A stretch of 61,036 nucleotides of DNA, filler included. It is 13 parts of 13 records of this genome, joined end to end, with 100 filler letters (N's around TTAATTAATTAA, not from the genome) between each part and the next. Parts side by side here need not be neighbours in the genome. Positions count along the whole stretch, not along the records: positions 20,461 to 25,820 come from SRR7504441_26592; positions 25,921 to 29,497 come from SRR7504441_26602; positions 29,598 to 34,309 come from SRR7504441_26626; 10 more parts are not named here. One strand, given 5' to 3'. Under the pieces are notes generated by a model. The model was given only the letters and a program-made list of their open reading frames with translations. It made no database searches and had not been told where the DNA came from. Each line of letters begins with the position of its first letter. Position 1 is the stretch's first letter. The translations under genes were made by a program, and so were the position numbers. This document shows, one piece after another, positions 21,272 through 32,088 of the stretch.

Positions 21272-24200
21272 TTAGAGCCCGCTGGGCCGGCGTCCTTTCT
21301 TGAGCAAGCTGGGCTGGGTTGCATTCCCTCCATTTCTACTATATTGGCTATCAGCCAAATGGATCTCCACCCGCTCACCGACGAGTCCGTTGGGGTCAAA
21401 CATTGAATCTGGCTCCTGAGCCTCGCCGCAGCTCCCGGGCGGGGCATCAGGCTCGTCGAATTTGGAAAACCCGATTTGACTTGACCAGTTTGAATCACTA
21501 AAGCGAATCTCGCGGACCCGCTGGGTCCTGCTGGTTGCCTGTGACGGGAGCTTACCCTGCAAGTATCGCCAGCAGCCCTCGGGCGTGCCTTCCTTGAAGT
21601 CATCTAGATACCACTCACATACCTTGGGCAACACCACCCCATGAGGTCCCGAACTATCCAGCGCATGGTGCTCAAGATAAATCGAGGTAGCACAGTCCAG
21701 CTGGGTGTGCAGCCGATTGACATCATACACGATGATCTGCGGAGGGCACATACAAGTGCCGTTGTTCAGAGCAAAATTGATCCTCGGGTCCGGGTGTTGT
21801 ACACGGAACATGGATCTCGGATCTTCAGAGCCCCACTTAGGAATCTCACGCTTCCGCTTTGAAAGCCACCCCCGACTTTGCTTTGACATTGAAGCGCGCA
21901 GCACGCAGTGCTCAATCTCAGCCAACGAGAACACATAACCCCCGACTTCGTAGCAGAACCTGTTATAAACTGCTGACCAGCCCCTCTCAGCTGATGGCAG
22001 CTCCGCGAGAAGAAAGGTGTGGATCAGCAGCACGTGGTACAGATTGAGGAAGAAAGTCACTAGCTGGCGGCTCCAGTTGCCCAGTGTGAGCGGCTCTAGC
22101 TCCACTGCTTTAAGCCAGGCTGTGTTGTCTATGAATGCAGCGAGCTGTGGCCAGCCAGGCAGCCTGAATGTACTCAGCTCCAGGGCTTGGTTCAGCAGCC
22201 CTTCCGCAGTCTTCAGCGCACAGCCTGCAGCTGGTCGCCGCAGCAGCCGCCTGCTGTTGAGAATCACTCTCTGGTCTCCGAATCGGTGCATCCCGAGTAG
22301 CACCCCACGAGCGTCAGCCACCAGTTGAGAACTTTCCCGCGACACATGATATACCTGGGTAGAGATAGCCCCGAGCCAAGCCTGGAGCTCGGGCAGACTG
22401 CGGACACAGAAGCAGTGTACCACAGAGGCGGTTTCGATCACGAAGCAGTGGAGCCCCGTCACTGGCTGTTGCCGGACTGCACGGACTGAGATGAGCTCTT
22501 GCAGCAGCAGTGTGAGCCGAGGTTTGCGCGAGTATGAGCGATACAGCGAGATTCTCCCGCTGTAAAGTCGGCACCACTCCTCACACCAGTGAGTGTCCCA
22601 AAGTCCCCGCAGCATCGCGCCCTCGCGGATGACCCGGCCCCGTGAGGTCGGATTCACGCCCAGCTCCTTCTTATCACTTGCCAGCAGGATCGCGCTGTCA
22701 GGCTGCGAACCCGACGCCAGCACCATTGCCAACAGCCCGCGCACCGCAGCGCTTTCACTCCGGCCGGCCTCCTCCAGGCAGGCCTTGTACTGCACTCGTT
22801 GCGCCTCCACCTTGTCCGCGTTCTTCCAATGTGACGTGTCCATCGCAGGCGGCGACACCCCTGGCCGGATCGCCTTCCACAGCGCCTCCAGCTCGCTCCC
22901 GCTCCGGAGCAGCAGCGGCTGCTCCGACTGAGTCTGTATGCCGTACACCACCTGCCCCAGTCACAGCGGTCGGTCGGGCTGCTCACCTGGCGGCGCTGCG
23001 AACTCCGGTTGGCCCACTCTACCCACACCGGCACTGAGACCGGCGGCTGGCCCTCCTCTGTCGGCTCGCCGAGCAGTTTGGAGAGGGAGAGGTCCAGGCC
23101 CGCTTCCGGCTGGGGGGTTGGCTGTTCGGCTGGCCGCAGATGTGAGGCGCGGCAACAGGCTCGCGGGCGCCTGGGTCGTAGAGCGCATCCGGGTCGTGCT
23201 GCAGGTTGAAACAGAACAGGAATTGCTTGTCCACGTCCTGCCAGCCCGTCAGCATCCTTGCACGGCCCAGTCGCCACCTTGTGGTAATCCTCAGTCCCCA
23301 CGTGGTCATAGCACACAAACCTGAGCGGCTGAGCCTGCCAAGAGCTCGTTTGCAGCCCGCACTCAGCCCCAGACCTGCCAGAACGAGTGCAGATCGATGT
23401 CGCGCAGCCCCGCCGGAAGCTTGACTGCCTTCCAGGCCACCAAGTCGATGAATTTGGAGTTGAACGAGAACGAGTAGGTCGGGCCCACCTGCCACTGCAC
23501 GCTCGCCCGCAGCCAGCACTGCTCCGGCTGCCTTCCATGGAGGCACTGTCGTCGGACTGCTCCCCCGTCTCTGCTTGCGGGCCTCTGGGCTCTCCGGGAT
23601 GTCCCGTCCTAGCTGCGGGGGCGTCTCGCCCTGCTGGCATACATGCATCTTGTCTGCCGACTGCCACAGCGGATATCTGCACCGACAGGCTTGTGCCCGG
23701 CCACAGCGCGGCGCACGCGATGAACGGCCGGCCGGCGCTCTTGCCGTACCCCCAGCGCATCCCCTTGAGCATCGAGGAGGCCATACCCAGAATCACCTGC
23801 CGCCACCGACTGAGCACCGATCGCTGGCCTTGCCAGCACCTTGGAGAGAGCCCCGGTGAAGATCCCCAGCTTGAGCGGGCCCGGGATCTCGCCGCCCAGA
23901 TATAGCGTCCCAGTGGGCGGCCGGACGAACCGGCCCTGCACCTGTGCCTGCTAGAGCCTCACCGGCGAAAGGCTCACCTGGAAGTCGAACATGCGCTCCC
24001 TCCCGTCAAAGTGCGACGCGTAGAAAGGGTCCTGTGGGACCGACGGGGAGCGGAGTATCACCAGGGCCTTGCCCTCGAACAGCCCATTGCCCAGCGACAT
24101 CGGCACCCGACCGTTGGGCGCGAACGGCACAGGGATGCCGTCGGTGTTCGAGATCAGGTCGATCTGGAGCGAAGGGTAGCACGGCGGCGGCGGCAGGCTG

Positions 24201-24585
24201 AGCAGCCGCAGCTCGGACGGCGACCTGCAGCTGGTCAGAGGCCCGGCCGGGCTGCTGGGCACCGCATGATCGAGATGCGGTGCAGGTTGATCGCCGGCAG
24301 CGAGTCGCCCAGACTAATCAGCTCCTCCTCGCCCGCAGACTCCTCCTCCTCCTCGCCGTCGGCCACTGACCCTCGTCGGCGTCGTTCGGTGAGGCTCGGG
24401 GCCGTTCCAGCCGGGTCACCGGATGCTGGATCGCCCACAGCCGGGCTGTCGAGCCGGAGGAGCCACACCAGCAGCAGGACCAGCACTACCGCCTCCGGAT
24501 CCCCACCGGACCGGCCGGCCAGGAATCCGGCAATCAGCAGCGCTGCAGTGTGGAGCACCGGGCGGAGCCGGCTGGCCTCCCACAT
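21272..24585 (-). CDS. Multi-exon protein: N-terminal TM, DUF1769-like, PH and DUF547 domains
   Basis: LFEGKALVILR...HFDGRERMFDFQVQGRF...LYLGGE (DUF1769-like); WCEEWCRLY...ELQAWLGAI (PH); FFLNLYHVLLIH, SLAEIEHCVLR, DPRINFALNNG...CP, LPKVCEWYLDDF (DUF547). Confidence 0.7.
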
Positions 24586-24777
24586 CCGCTCCAAATGCAG
24601 CCGACAGCAGCGCCCCGCACACGGGCAGTGCCAGGAACTTTCGTTCGTTGAGTCGCAAGTGAGTTAACTGAAATGAGGAGGTTTAATCGAAGGCGAAAAC
24701 AATATTACACTAAATATTATGAGCGCGCTCGCTCACACCAACAGCGTCCAAGCGTAGGAAGAACTGGAATAGGACGG

Positions 24778-25820
24778 TTAGGTCTTCTTACGCTTGCCGA
24801 TCTGGGCCTGGTAGCCTGACTTGATAGGCTGGACAGATCTTGAGGCGCCGCAAGTGTTGCAGCTCATGAAGTACAGCCGAGTGTTGCTATCCTGCGGCAG
24901 GGCCGGTCAGTCGGGGCTGGCGGCAGTGCGAGCGGCACCCGGGTCAGCTTCGTGTCGGGCGACTTGCACAGTTTGCACAGCACATACTCTTTGAGATATT
25001 GTCGCACTATGGACTCTATATGCTTGGGCTGGAACCGGCCCTTGAACGTCACGCGCTGCGAGCCGTCCAGCGACCCGCTGGTCCCCAGCTCGGCCAGCAT
25101 AAAGGCCAGCACGTGCTCCGGCTGACCAGAGCTCAGGCTCAGTCGGCGCAGGAGGCTCACCGGTCGGTTCATCGAAGTGCAGATCTCGGGGAAGTTGACC
25201 AGCACGACCTTCTTGGTGCCCTCACGGTACACCTGGCCCAGCTCCGCCGGGACTCAACCAACCGGCACCTGCGGGGGCTTCATTCTGAACGCCTTCCGCC
25301 CGGCGATGTCGGGGTTGGCTCTGTGCAGGAAGCTGAACACCCGACGAAGCATCTCCTCGTACGTGTAGTCCCGGTCCGAGTCGGCCCACTCCGGTACGTC
25401 CGCCTTCTTGGCCGGGCCAGCCCCGCTGGTCAAGTTCATCCCTGAGCCCATGGTGGCCATCCCTGCAGTGGCAGCTTCAGCTGCTGCAGCCCAGACGACG
25501 CACCGCCGTCGTCGTCGGCGTCTTCGGACACGAGGGCTGGCACGTCGCTCTCTCCCGGAGCAGCCTCCTCGCCGCCCTCGCGCACCTTCTTCTTTTTCTT
25601 CTTCTTCTTTTCGAAAAGGCCTGCTGCCGGCGCAGCCTCGGCGTCCTCTGCAAACGCGTAAGCAGTGAGCACTGCTAACTCGCGTACAATACGCTGCTAC
25701 GGCCACAGCCCAGGCCGCCGCCGCACTAGGACCCTAGCTCACCCGATGGCGCGCCCTCGCCCTCTGCATTCTCCTCATCAGCGGGCGCATCGGCCTTCTT
25801 CTTCTTCTTCTTCTTCTTCT
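24778..25820 (-). CDS. EIF2S2: Translation initiation factor eIF2 beta subunit (5' partial; contig breaks in the poly-Lys AAG repeat)
   Basis: Poly-K boxes, [52 protein letters not shown]. Confidence 0.95.
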
Positions 25821-25920
25821 NNNNNNNNNNNNNNNNNNNNNNNNNNNNNNNNNNNNNNNNNNNNTTAATTAATTAANNNNNNNNNNNNNNNNNNNNNNNN
25901 NNNNNNNNNNNNNNNNNNNN

Positions 25921-25987
25921 AGGTCTTTGCATAGTCTTTGTATAGTCTTTACATGCATGCAAAGACCTCTGTAGACTATCTGTAGAC
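25921..25987. repeat. 11-nt minisatellite with a 12-bp inverted repeat at a contig start
   Basis: aggtctttgcat (25921-25932) and atgcaaagacct (25957-25968) flank tagtcttt units. Confidence 0.6.
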
Positions 25988-26170
25988 GGGCAACTCATCA
26001 GTGATCACTCAGCAGCAGAGGACTTCCGTTGGCCCATCAGCAGCCAACGATTTGGAAAGGTGCCATCAGCAGCACTCACTGCAGCAGCGCGGTACATGGC
26101 CAGTGCGGCCGGCGCGGCGGCAACGGGGCGGGCAGGTGGTTTGAGGAAGTGCCATTCATCCACACTGAGC

Positions 26171-26785
26171 ATGGGGAAGAGTTTCAAGGACGAGCACCCC
26201 TTTGGTTCCCCCCCGCCCGGCCGGCCGATGACTGGGTCCTGTCAGACAAGCGGGTGGACGAAGCGGACAAGATCCGGAAGAAGCACGCGGACAGGATCCC
26301 GGTGGGGCGCCGCCGCGGGGCCCGCCCACTCACCCTCCTCTAGGTGATCTGCGAGCGGGCTGAGGGTAGCGACATCCCCGAGATCGACCGCAAAAAGTAC
26401 CCCCCTCTCCTCCGCCGCCTGTGGTTCGGGTCTGTCCGGAGGGCGGTCGACCCAGGCCGGGCGCCTCCCAGCATCCTACACCCCGGCCCCCGCGCGGTCG
26501 TGAGTGCCCGGGTCTGACCAGGGATCTTCGCAGGTACCTGGTACCACAGGAGCTGACTGTAGGCCAGTTTGTGTACGTCGTGCGCAAGCGGCTGCGGCTG
26601 CCCCCTGAGAAGGCGATCTTCATCTTTGTGAATGGGGTGCTGCCCTCCACGGGAGGTAGCTTCTGCCAGTTGTCAGGCCACTGAGTGACGGGGCAGCTGC
26701 GCTGATGTCCCAAATGTATACAGACTATAAGGATCCGGATGGATTCCTGTATGTGACCTACAGCGGTGAGAACGTGTTTGGATGA
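26171..26785 (+). CDS. ATG8: Autophagy protein ATG8 (GABARAP/LC3 family); 4 introns
   Basis: Introns 26205-26245, 26302-26343, 26397-26533 and 26656-26696 give ...DRIPVICE...KKYLVP.ELTVGQF...[15 protein letters not shown]. Confidence 0.95.
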
Positions 26786-26954
26786 GCTGATGGCGCCGTG
26801 GCGGTCTGCTTTACACACCATGTACAACACGAAAACACTCTAGGTGCGCACCTCAGGGGACGGCTTGCTCGAGCCCCTAGTAGGGCAAGTTGGAACTAAA
26901 TATCGAGTTACAACATAAAACATGAACTAACATACACACAGCCTTCACGTGCAT

Positions 26955-28139
26955 TTAATGATATTTTGTGCTTGTCCAAATCTCTCTATCATCCCTCTCG
27001 TAGAATAGCATATAAGCCTGCGCACTCAGTACCTTCTCGACCGGCGCTTCCTGCGACTCCGCGTCCGAAATATGATACCAAACCTCCCCTGATTCAGCAT
27101 CATCGAACCGCCGGTACGCGGTGTAGTGCCCCTGCAGTGCCCCTGAGCCGTGATGTTCTACTACTCCGCACAAACGGAAGCGCAATCCACTCGGGCAACC
27201 AGAATCGTCTCCCTCTACCCCTCCAGCGTACAGACCCAGGTCGAGTTGGACCGGGAACTGCACGTGCTCGGTCCGCCTGCCCGGTGCGGCCCCGTTGTTC
27301 CTGTCTAGGTGCATGCTGAGCAGCGCAGGCGCCCGCCTGATCTTGTAGTCCTTTCTGAACACTCCTCCAGACCCTTTGCCGGCTGCCGGGTCGCAAAACT
27401 CGCAACGCATCCGCACCGACTCGGCCCGGAAGCAGCCGTCCAGGCAGGCCGCCAGCGTGAGCCTCGGCTGGCTTCGTGGGAGTTGAAGCGTCAGATCGCC
27501 AAAATATTCATTCTGCACCGCAGCCAGCCCCCCGCACCGCTCGCAACGCAGCCGGCTCTGCAGCAGGCAACCGAACGGGTTCTCGAGCGGCCCGGCCGCC
27601 TCCCCTCCCAGCGCTGGCCAGCACCGCTCTTCGGCCGGCCGCCAGCCTCGTAGGTGCTCGCCGGTGGCTCGATGCAGCTTGCTCATCACTGCGAGCAGCA
27701 ACTCGTGAGCGTCGTGCTGCCCCCCGATCCGGGCCAGCTCGCCCACCATCAGCCGGCGCTGCAGCTCCGCCGGCCGGTAGGTCAGCCGGCTCTCCGCTCG
27801 GGCGGCCAGCAGCCCGGTGATCCCCACCAAAAGCCCCGCAAAACCGTCCCCCAAGGCCAGCCGCGCCTCCTCCTGGGCCACTCGGCGGGCGTATGCTCGG
27901 AAGACCGGGAGCCCGCCGAGCACCTGCAGCACCGCGTTCATGTAGCAGCTGTTGCCCATGTTGACCAGACCACGCGGGACTCCGCCCGGCACATCGGCGG
28001 GGCCCGGGGGCGGGAGGACCGGCCGAGTGGCGGCAGGTCGGGCCGGCCGGCGGCGGAGCAGCGTGCTGGTCAGCCAGACTAGCGTGCCGGCAACCACAGT
28101 GCCCCCAAGCACGTACTGGGCCGCCTTCGTGTGGTTCAT
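26955..28139 (-). CDS. Ubiquitin-specific protease with an N-terminal membrane anchor (USP30/Ubp16-like), intronless
   Basis: GLVNMGNSCYMNAVLQ, QHDAHE, HHG...GHYTAY, WYHISD, AYMLFYE; hydrophobic residues 9-29. Confidence 0.88.
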   Translation of the reverse strand: MNHTKAAQYVLGGTVVAGTLVWLTSTLLRRRPARPAATRPVLPPPGPADVPGGVPRGLVNMGNSCYMNAVLQVLGGLPVFRAYARRVAQEEARLALGDGFAGLLVGITGLLAARAESRLTYRPAELQRRLMVGELARIGGQHDAHELLLAVMSKLHRATGEHLRGWRPAEERCWPALGGEAAGPLENPFGCLLQSRLRCERCGGLAAVQNEYFGDLTLQLPRSQPRLTLAACLDGCFRAESVRMRCEFCDPAAGKGSGGVFRKDYKIRRAPALLSMHLDRNNGAAPGRRTEHVQFPVQLDLGLYAGGVEGDDSGCPSGLRFRLCGVVEHHGSGALQGHYTAYRRFDDAESGEVWYHISDAESQEAPVEKVLSAQAYMLFYERDDREIWTSTKYH

Positions 28140-28420
28140 TCTCGCATGTCGATCGAGGTGAATAAAAAAAAAGAAATCAGGAAATCAATCGAATAATGCG
28201 GATCTATTACGTACGTTTTTTGGGAACAAGATGCTTGAGCTGGAGTAGTTCTGGAGTGCAACTGCCTCATCTTACTCGAGAGCTTACTGAGCAGGTGCCT
28301 TCTTATGAATTACATGCAGCGATGCACTCGATGCTCTGTGAACCGGCCATGAAGTTCTCTGGAAGTTCTCGAGAGATTGTATGTATAGACGTTGCCCCAA
28401 CTGCGCGCAGCTCGTGCTGC

Positions 28421-29468
28421 TCATACACTCTGGCCGTTCGACGGGACCACAATCTGAGCGAATAAATCTAGTCCTGAAGGCTCTGAAGGCTCTGAAGGCT
28501 CTGAAGGCTCTACCAGGTTGCCCGTAACTTCCCCATTAGATTGCTCTGCCTCCTGGGCAGCCGCCAGCGCCCCAGCCGGCCCTGCTGACGCGGCCAGGGC
28601 CACGAGCGGCGCGGCCAGCGGTGCCATCTCGTCCGTTTGTACCCAATGAGCGTGCATGCGTGATTTGCCATCTGCCTGGACTCCTCCGCATTTGCACCGG
28701 ATCCTAACCCTGCCGTCGCTCCCACGGGAACAGGTGAATTTCTGATACCCGCAATACCCGCATCGGTAAAGCTTGTGCTCCCCCCTGCCGTTGCTGGCCT
28801 TTTCTTTATGGTACACATGAGGTTCGACAGCCCGAGACTGGAGCAGAGGCAGCTTGCTTAAGTCGTGCTCGGTTTGGTGCACAGGGTGCAGAATCTGGAC
28901 AGGCGCCTTCCGCTTGACCGCCTGCCGCTTCTTGACCGGCGCCGCGTTGGACGCCGCCGGTAGGTACGCCTTGAAGGGCCCGACCGCCTTCGGTCGGCAC
29001 GCCCCCGTCGGTGGGACAGCAACCGCCACTAGCGGTGTGGCCCCCGTCGCGGGGACTGCGACGGGCACCAGAGCTTTTGGTGCCGCCGGGACTGGAATCC
29101 CCTGTGAGTGCACCGCGGGCGTCGCTTTCACCTGCGTGCCGTGTCAGCATCGCGTAGCTGTGGGCGGCTATAAACGGCGTGTCAAGGGGAGCTTGGGGGG
29201 CGGGGCGGCATACCGGGATTGCTACTGGCGCCGCGGGCGGGATCACGACTACCACTGGCGGGATCACAGCCGCCGGTTGTGCGCCTGCAGTTGACTCAAA
29301 ACTGCACTCCAGCGAGCGGCCGGGGAGGGACGGGCGCCGGCGGGGTGCACGGCGCTGATCTAGCGGCAAGGGCGCGCTCGGAGGAGCCGCATCCGGGGAG
29401 AGGCTGCCACCTTCGACCGCAGACGCCTGCTCGGCGAGCGTGCTCGTGACCATCGGCAGCACGTCCAT
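28421..29468 (-). CDS. Pro/Ala-rich protein with NLS-like basic patches and an unrecognised Cys/His zinc-finger-like domain
   Basis: 82-nt intron 29132-29213 joins two ORFs; KKRQAVKRK; CGYC-x18-CKC-x11-HAHW. Confidence 0.6.
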
Positions 29469-29597
29469 CGCGCGTTAACACATAAACTTTTTTTTTTNNN
29501 NNNNNNNNNNNNNNNNNNNNNNNNNNNNNNNNNNNNNNNNNTTAATTAATTAANNNNNNNNNNNNNNNNNNNNNNNNNNNNNNNNNNNNNNNNNNNN

Positions 29598-31630
29598 GCA
29601 TTCGAGCAGTGGCAGAGCATAGCTGCGGTGTACGCTCAAGCCCATAAACGACTAAGTGCAGCCCTCTACAGAATGATACACAGGCGGCTAAGCGCTGCCT
29701 TCAATGCCTGGCGCGACGCATCGTTGAATAATCAACTAGTGCTGCACGCGGCTTTGACCTTTAGGCGCTCAGCTTTGTTGCGCACTTGGACTTATTGGAG
29801 TCTTTGGGCACCAGCTTGCGCAGATGCCCAGAGGCGTCGGCTGATGGCAATCGAGCGTAGGCGTTTCCTCAAGTCAAGCTTGGCCCTTGAAGGCTGGCGT
29901 GGCATGTTTGCTTCGGCACAAGGTCAGCGGCAGCTGCTCGCGATACACTGGGCTGCTCGGCCCCACCTGCACCCAAATGTGAGGCGCAGTTTCCAGTGCT
30001 TTGTAGGGTGGCGCAAGTGGGCCCTTGCCGAGAGCACACTCGACTGTTTGGCCACTGCACTATCAAGTAAGCGCCAATCTTGCTCCCAGGCCTCTGCATT
30101 TGTGGATTGGCTGGTCTGTGCCGCAACGATGCAGGAGTGTCGACGCAAGTTCAAGCACGGGGTGTATGCGTACCAAGTCATGACAAAGCATATTGCCCTT
30201 GCCAAGTGGCAGCAGTGGCATCAGTGGTATTGCGAGCAGTGTGGTATCACGATGGTCATGGCGATTCAACGCTGGCGACCTTGGGCAGCCAGCTGTGCTC
30301 TGGTCAAGGCCTCGGCGCCTGTGGGGATGGGGCACTATCGATTAGTGGGGTTGGACTTTGGCATGCATCGGTGGCGCTCGTGGTGCGCAGCGCGGCGGCA
30401 GATCGCAGGCGCAATTGCGCTAGTCGCCCATGGGGCTGCGGAGCAGTTTGACCGGGAAGTATTTGAATCCAATGCGCGACGGCTAGCCAGTCAATGGAAG
30501 GAAGCGTTGCTACTTAGGGGCCTCCAGCTGCTGGAAGAGGCTGTCAATACGATATACCGTCGGCTGGTGTGGCGATCATTTCTGGATTGGAAAGCAATAG
30601 CATCCTCGTCGTTGGACTTTACTCAGGTCTAAACACCCGTGCAGCGGCTCACTGACACATTTATTCCAGGAAATGCATGCTTTCGAGGCGGCAGTGAATG
30701 CTGCCTCCAGGAGCTTCAGATTGGCAAGCTGGGAGCCCACTGTCCCTTCGCGAGCTGCCTCGTACGGGCTGCCAGCTCCTGTCGTATCCGCATCAACTTC
30801 GAGCTCAGCACAAGGCTTCATTTATCACACTATGCATCAGACCAGCAAGCCGCATGACAGGTGCCGACCTGCCCCTCGGTCCAGCTAAAATAAAATCGCA
30901 GATTCGAGCAAACTTTCTCACCAACAGGACAACGTGAGTTTGCCAACGCATTCGGAAACCAAGCTCACCGTAGATTCACACAGAGCGTTCGCGCTGCGCA
31001 GCGCTCGGCAATGCCGACGCGCACGCGCGATTGGCATTCATCACATGATGCGTTGTTCGATCAGCTGGACAGAAACAAGGTGCCTCCGCCAATCTCTGTC
31101 TGACCTGGTCGCAGGACGGTGTGCTTGATCGTGCAGAGTTTCAAGCTTTGGGGAACCACATAACAAGCAATGAGCAACCACAGAGAGTCGTGAAGCAGAC
31201 TGCTTTTCGAGACGTCGCGCCCACCAACACCAAACACACGCTACCAGGTGCTTCTTCCATCTCAATCTAGCCCTCTCAACCCGGGGATACAGCAGAGCAG
31301 CATTCCACGGAGCTGCAACCGAGGCACGACTGGAGATCCCCATTCGCCCAAGTCTATTTGATTCACTCGCCTTCCAAGGTGACAACTCGGCTGGCTCTCC
31401 TTCGACTGTGCCTGCAGCGCAAAGGGGCCATGCCCGAATTGCCTGCGCCCAATGCGCTGAATTCGCCTCTCCACAGCAAGCTTGCCAGAGAACGGAGTTC
31501 TCTCATGTCCCGAAAGCTGTACACTTCCTCGCCACCGGTAGAACTAGAACCTGAGCACGTCAAGATACTACAGAGCCGCAGGCGTGCTCGATCGTCATCA
31601 CAGACGCAGGTCAGCAAACGCACTAGCTGA
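29598..31630 (+). CDS. Sfi1-like Trp-repeat helical protein with an EF-hand in its C-terminal part (5' partial; 3' end approximate)
   Basis: Recurrent AF..W/L..W motifs in 29598-30627; downstream exons splice to LFDQLDRNK|DGVLDRAEF. Confidence 0.55.
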
Positions 31631-32088
31631 GTGCACTTGGATTGACTCGTTGTGTCTTTGGAGTGAACTGAGCTTTTTGCTTGCAGCCAACCACAGCTCA
31701 AGTGAGTGGGTCATCTGCTAAGCATGCATCCGCGCTGCTCTCAAAGTTTCAGAGCGTGAGAGCAAATTTTTCTTCCCGGAATCGAAAGCTAGAATTGGAA
31801 CATCTAGACCCGGCTCTATAACAATCGACGACTATTGCCGAGACGCATTAAATAGTATTAAATCAAGCACACCGATTAAAAACTCGATTGTGATTAGATT
31901 GTGATGATTGCATTTATTTAGTTGACTTAATAATGACATGTGAACCTTGGCCTCGTGAGTATGAGTCGATACATTAGACTGGTCAGCAAAGAATGTTAAA
32001 AGAAATAATATCACGTAATTATACTTGCAATTGCATCACTTAAAACTGTATTTGCATCTAAACCAATCGCTACTCGCTAGATATCGAA

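Noticed and set aside
26653-26696. Possible GA-AG intron in ATG8, which would give the canonical-length PSTAALM
   Set aside because: A GT donor 3 nt downstream gives a modal 41-nt intron and only one extra Gly; a GA donor is not required
28474-28510. 9-nt tandem repeat (SEP)x4
   Set aside because: Ordinary coding microsatellite in a disordered tail
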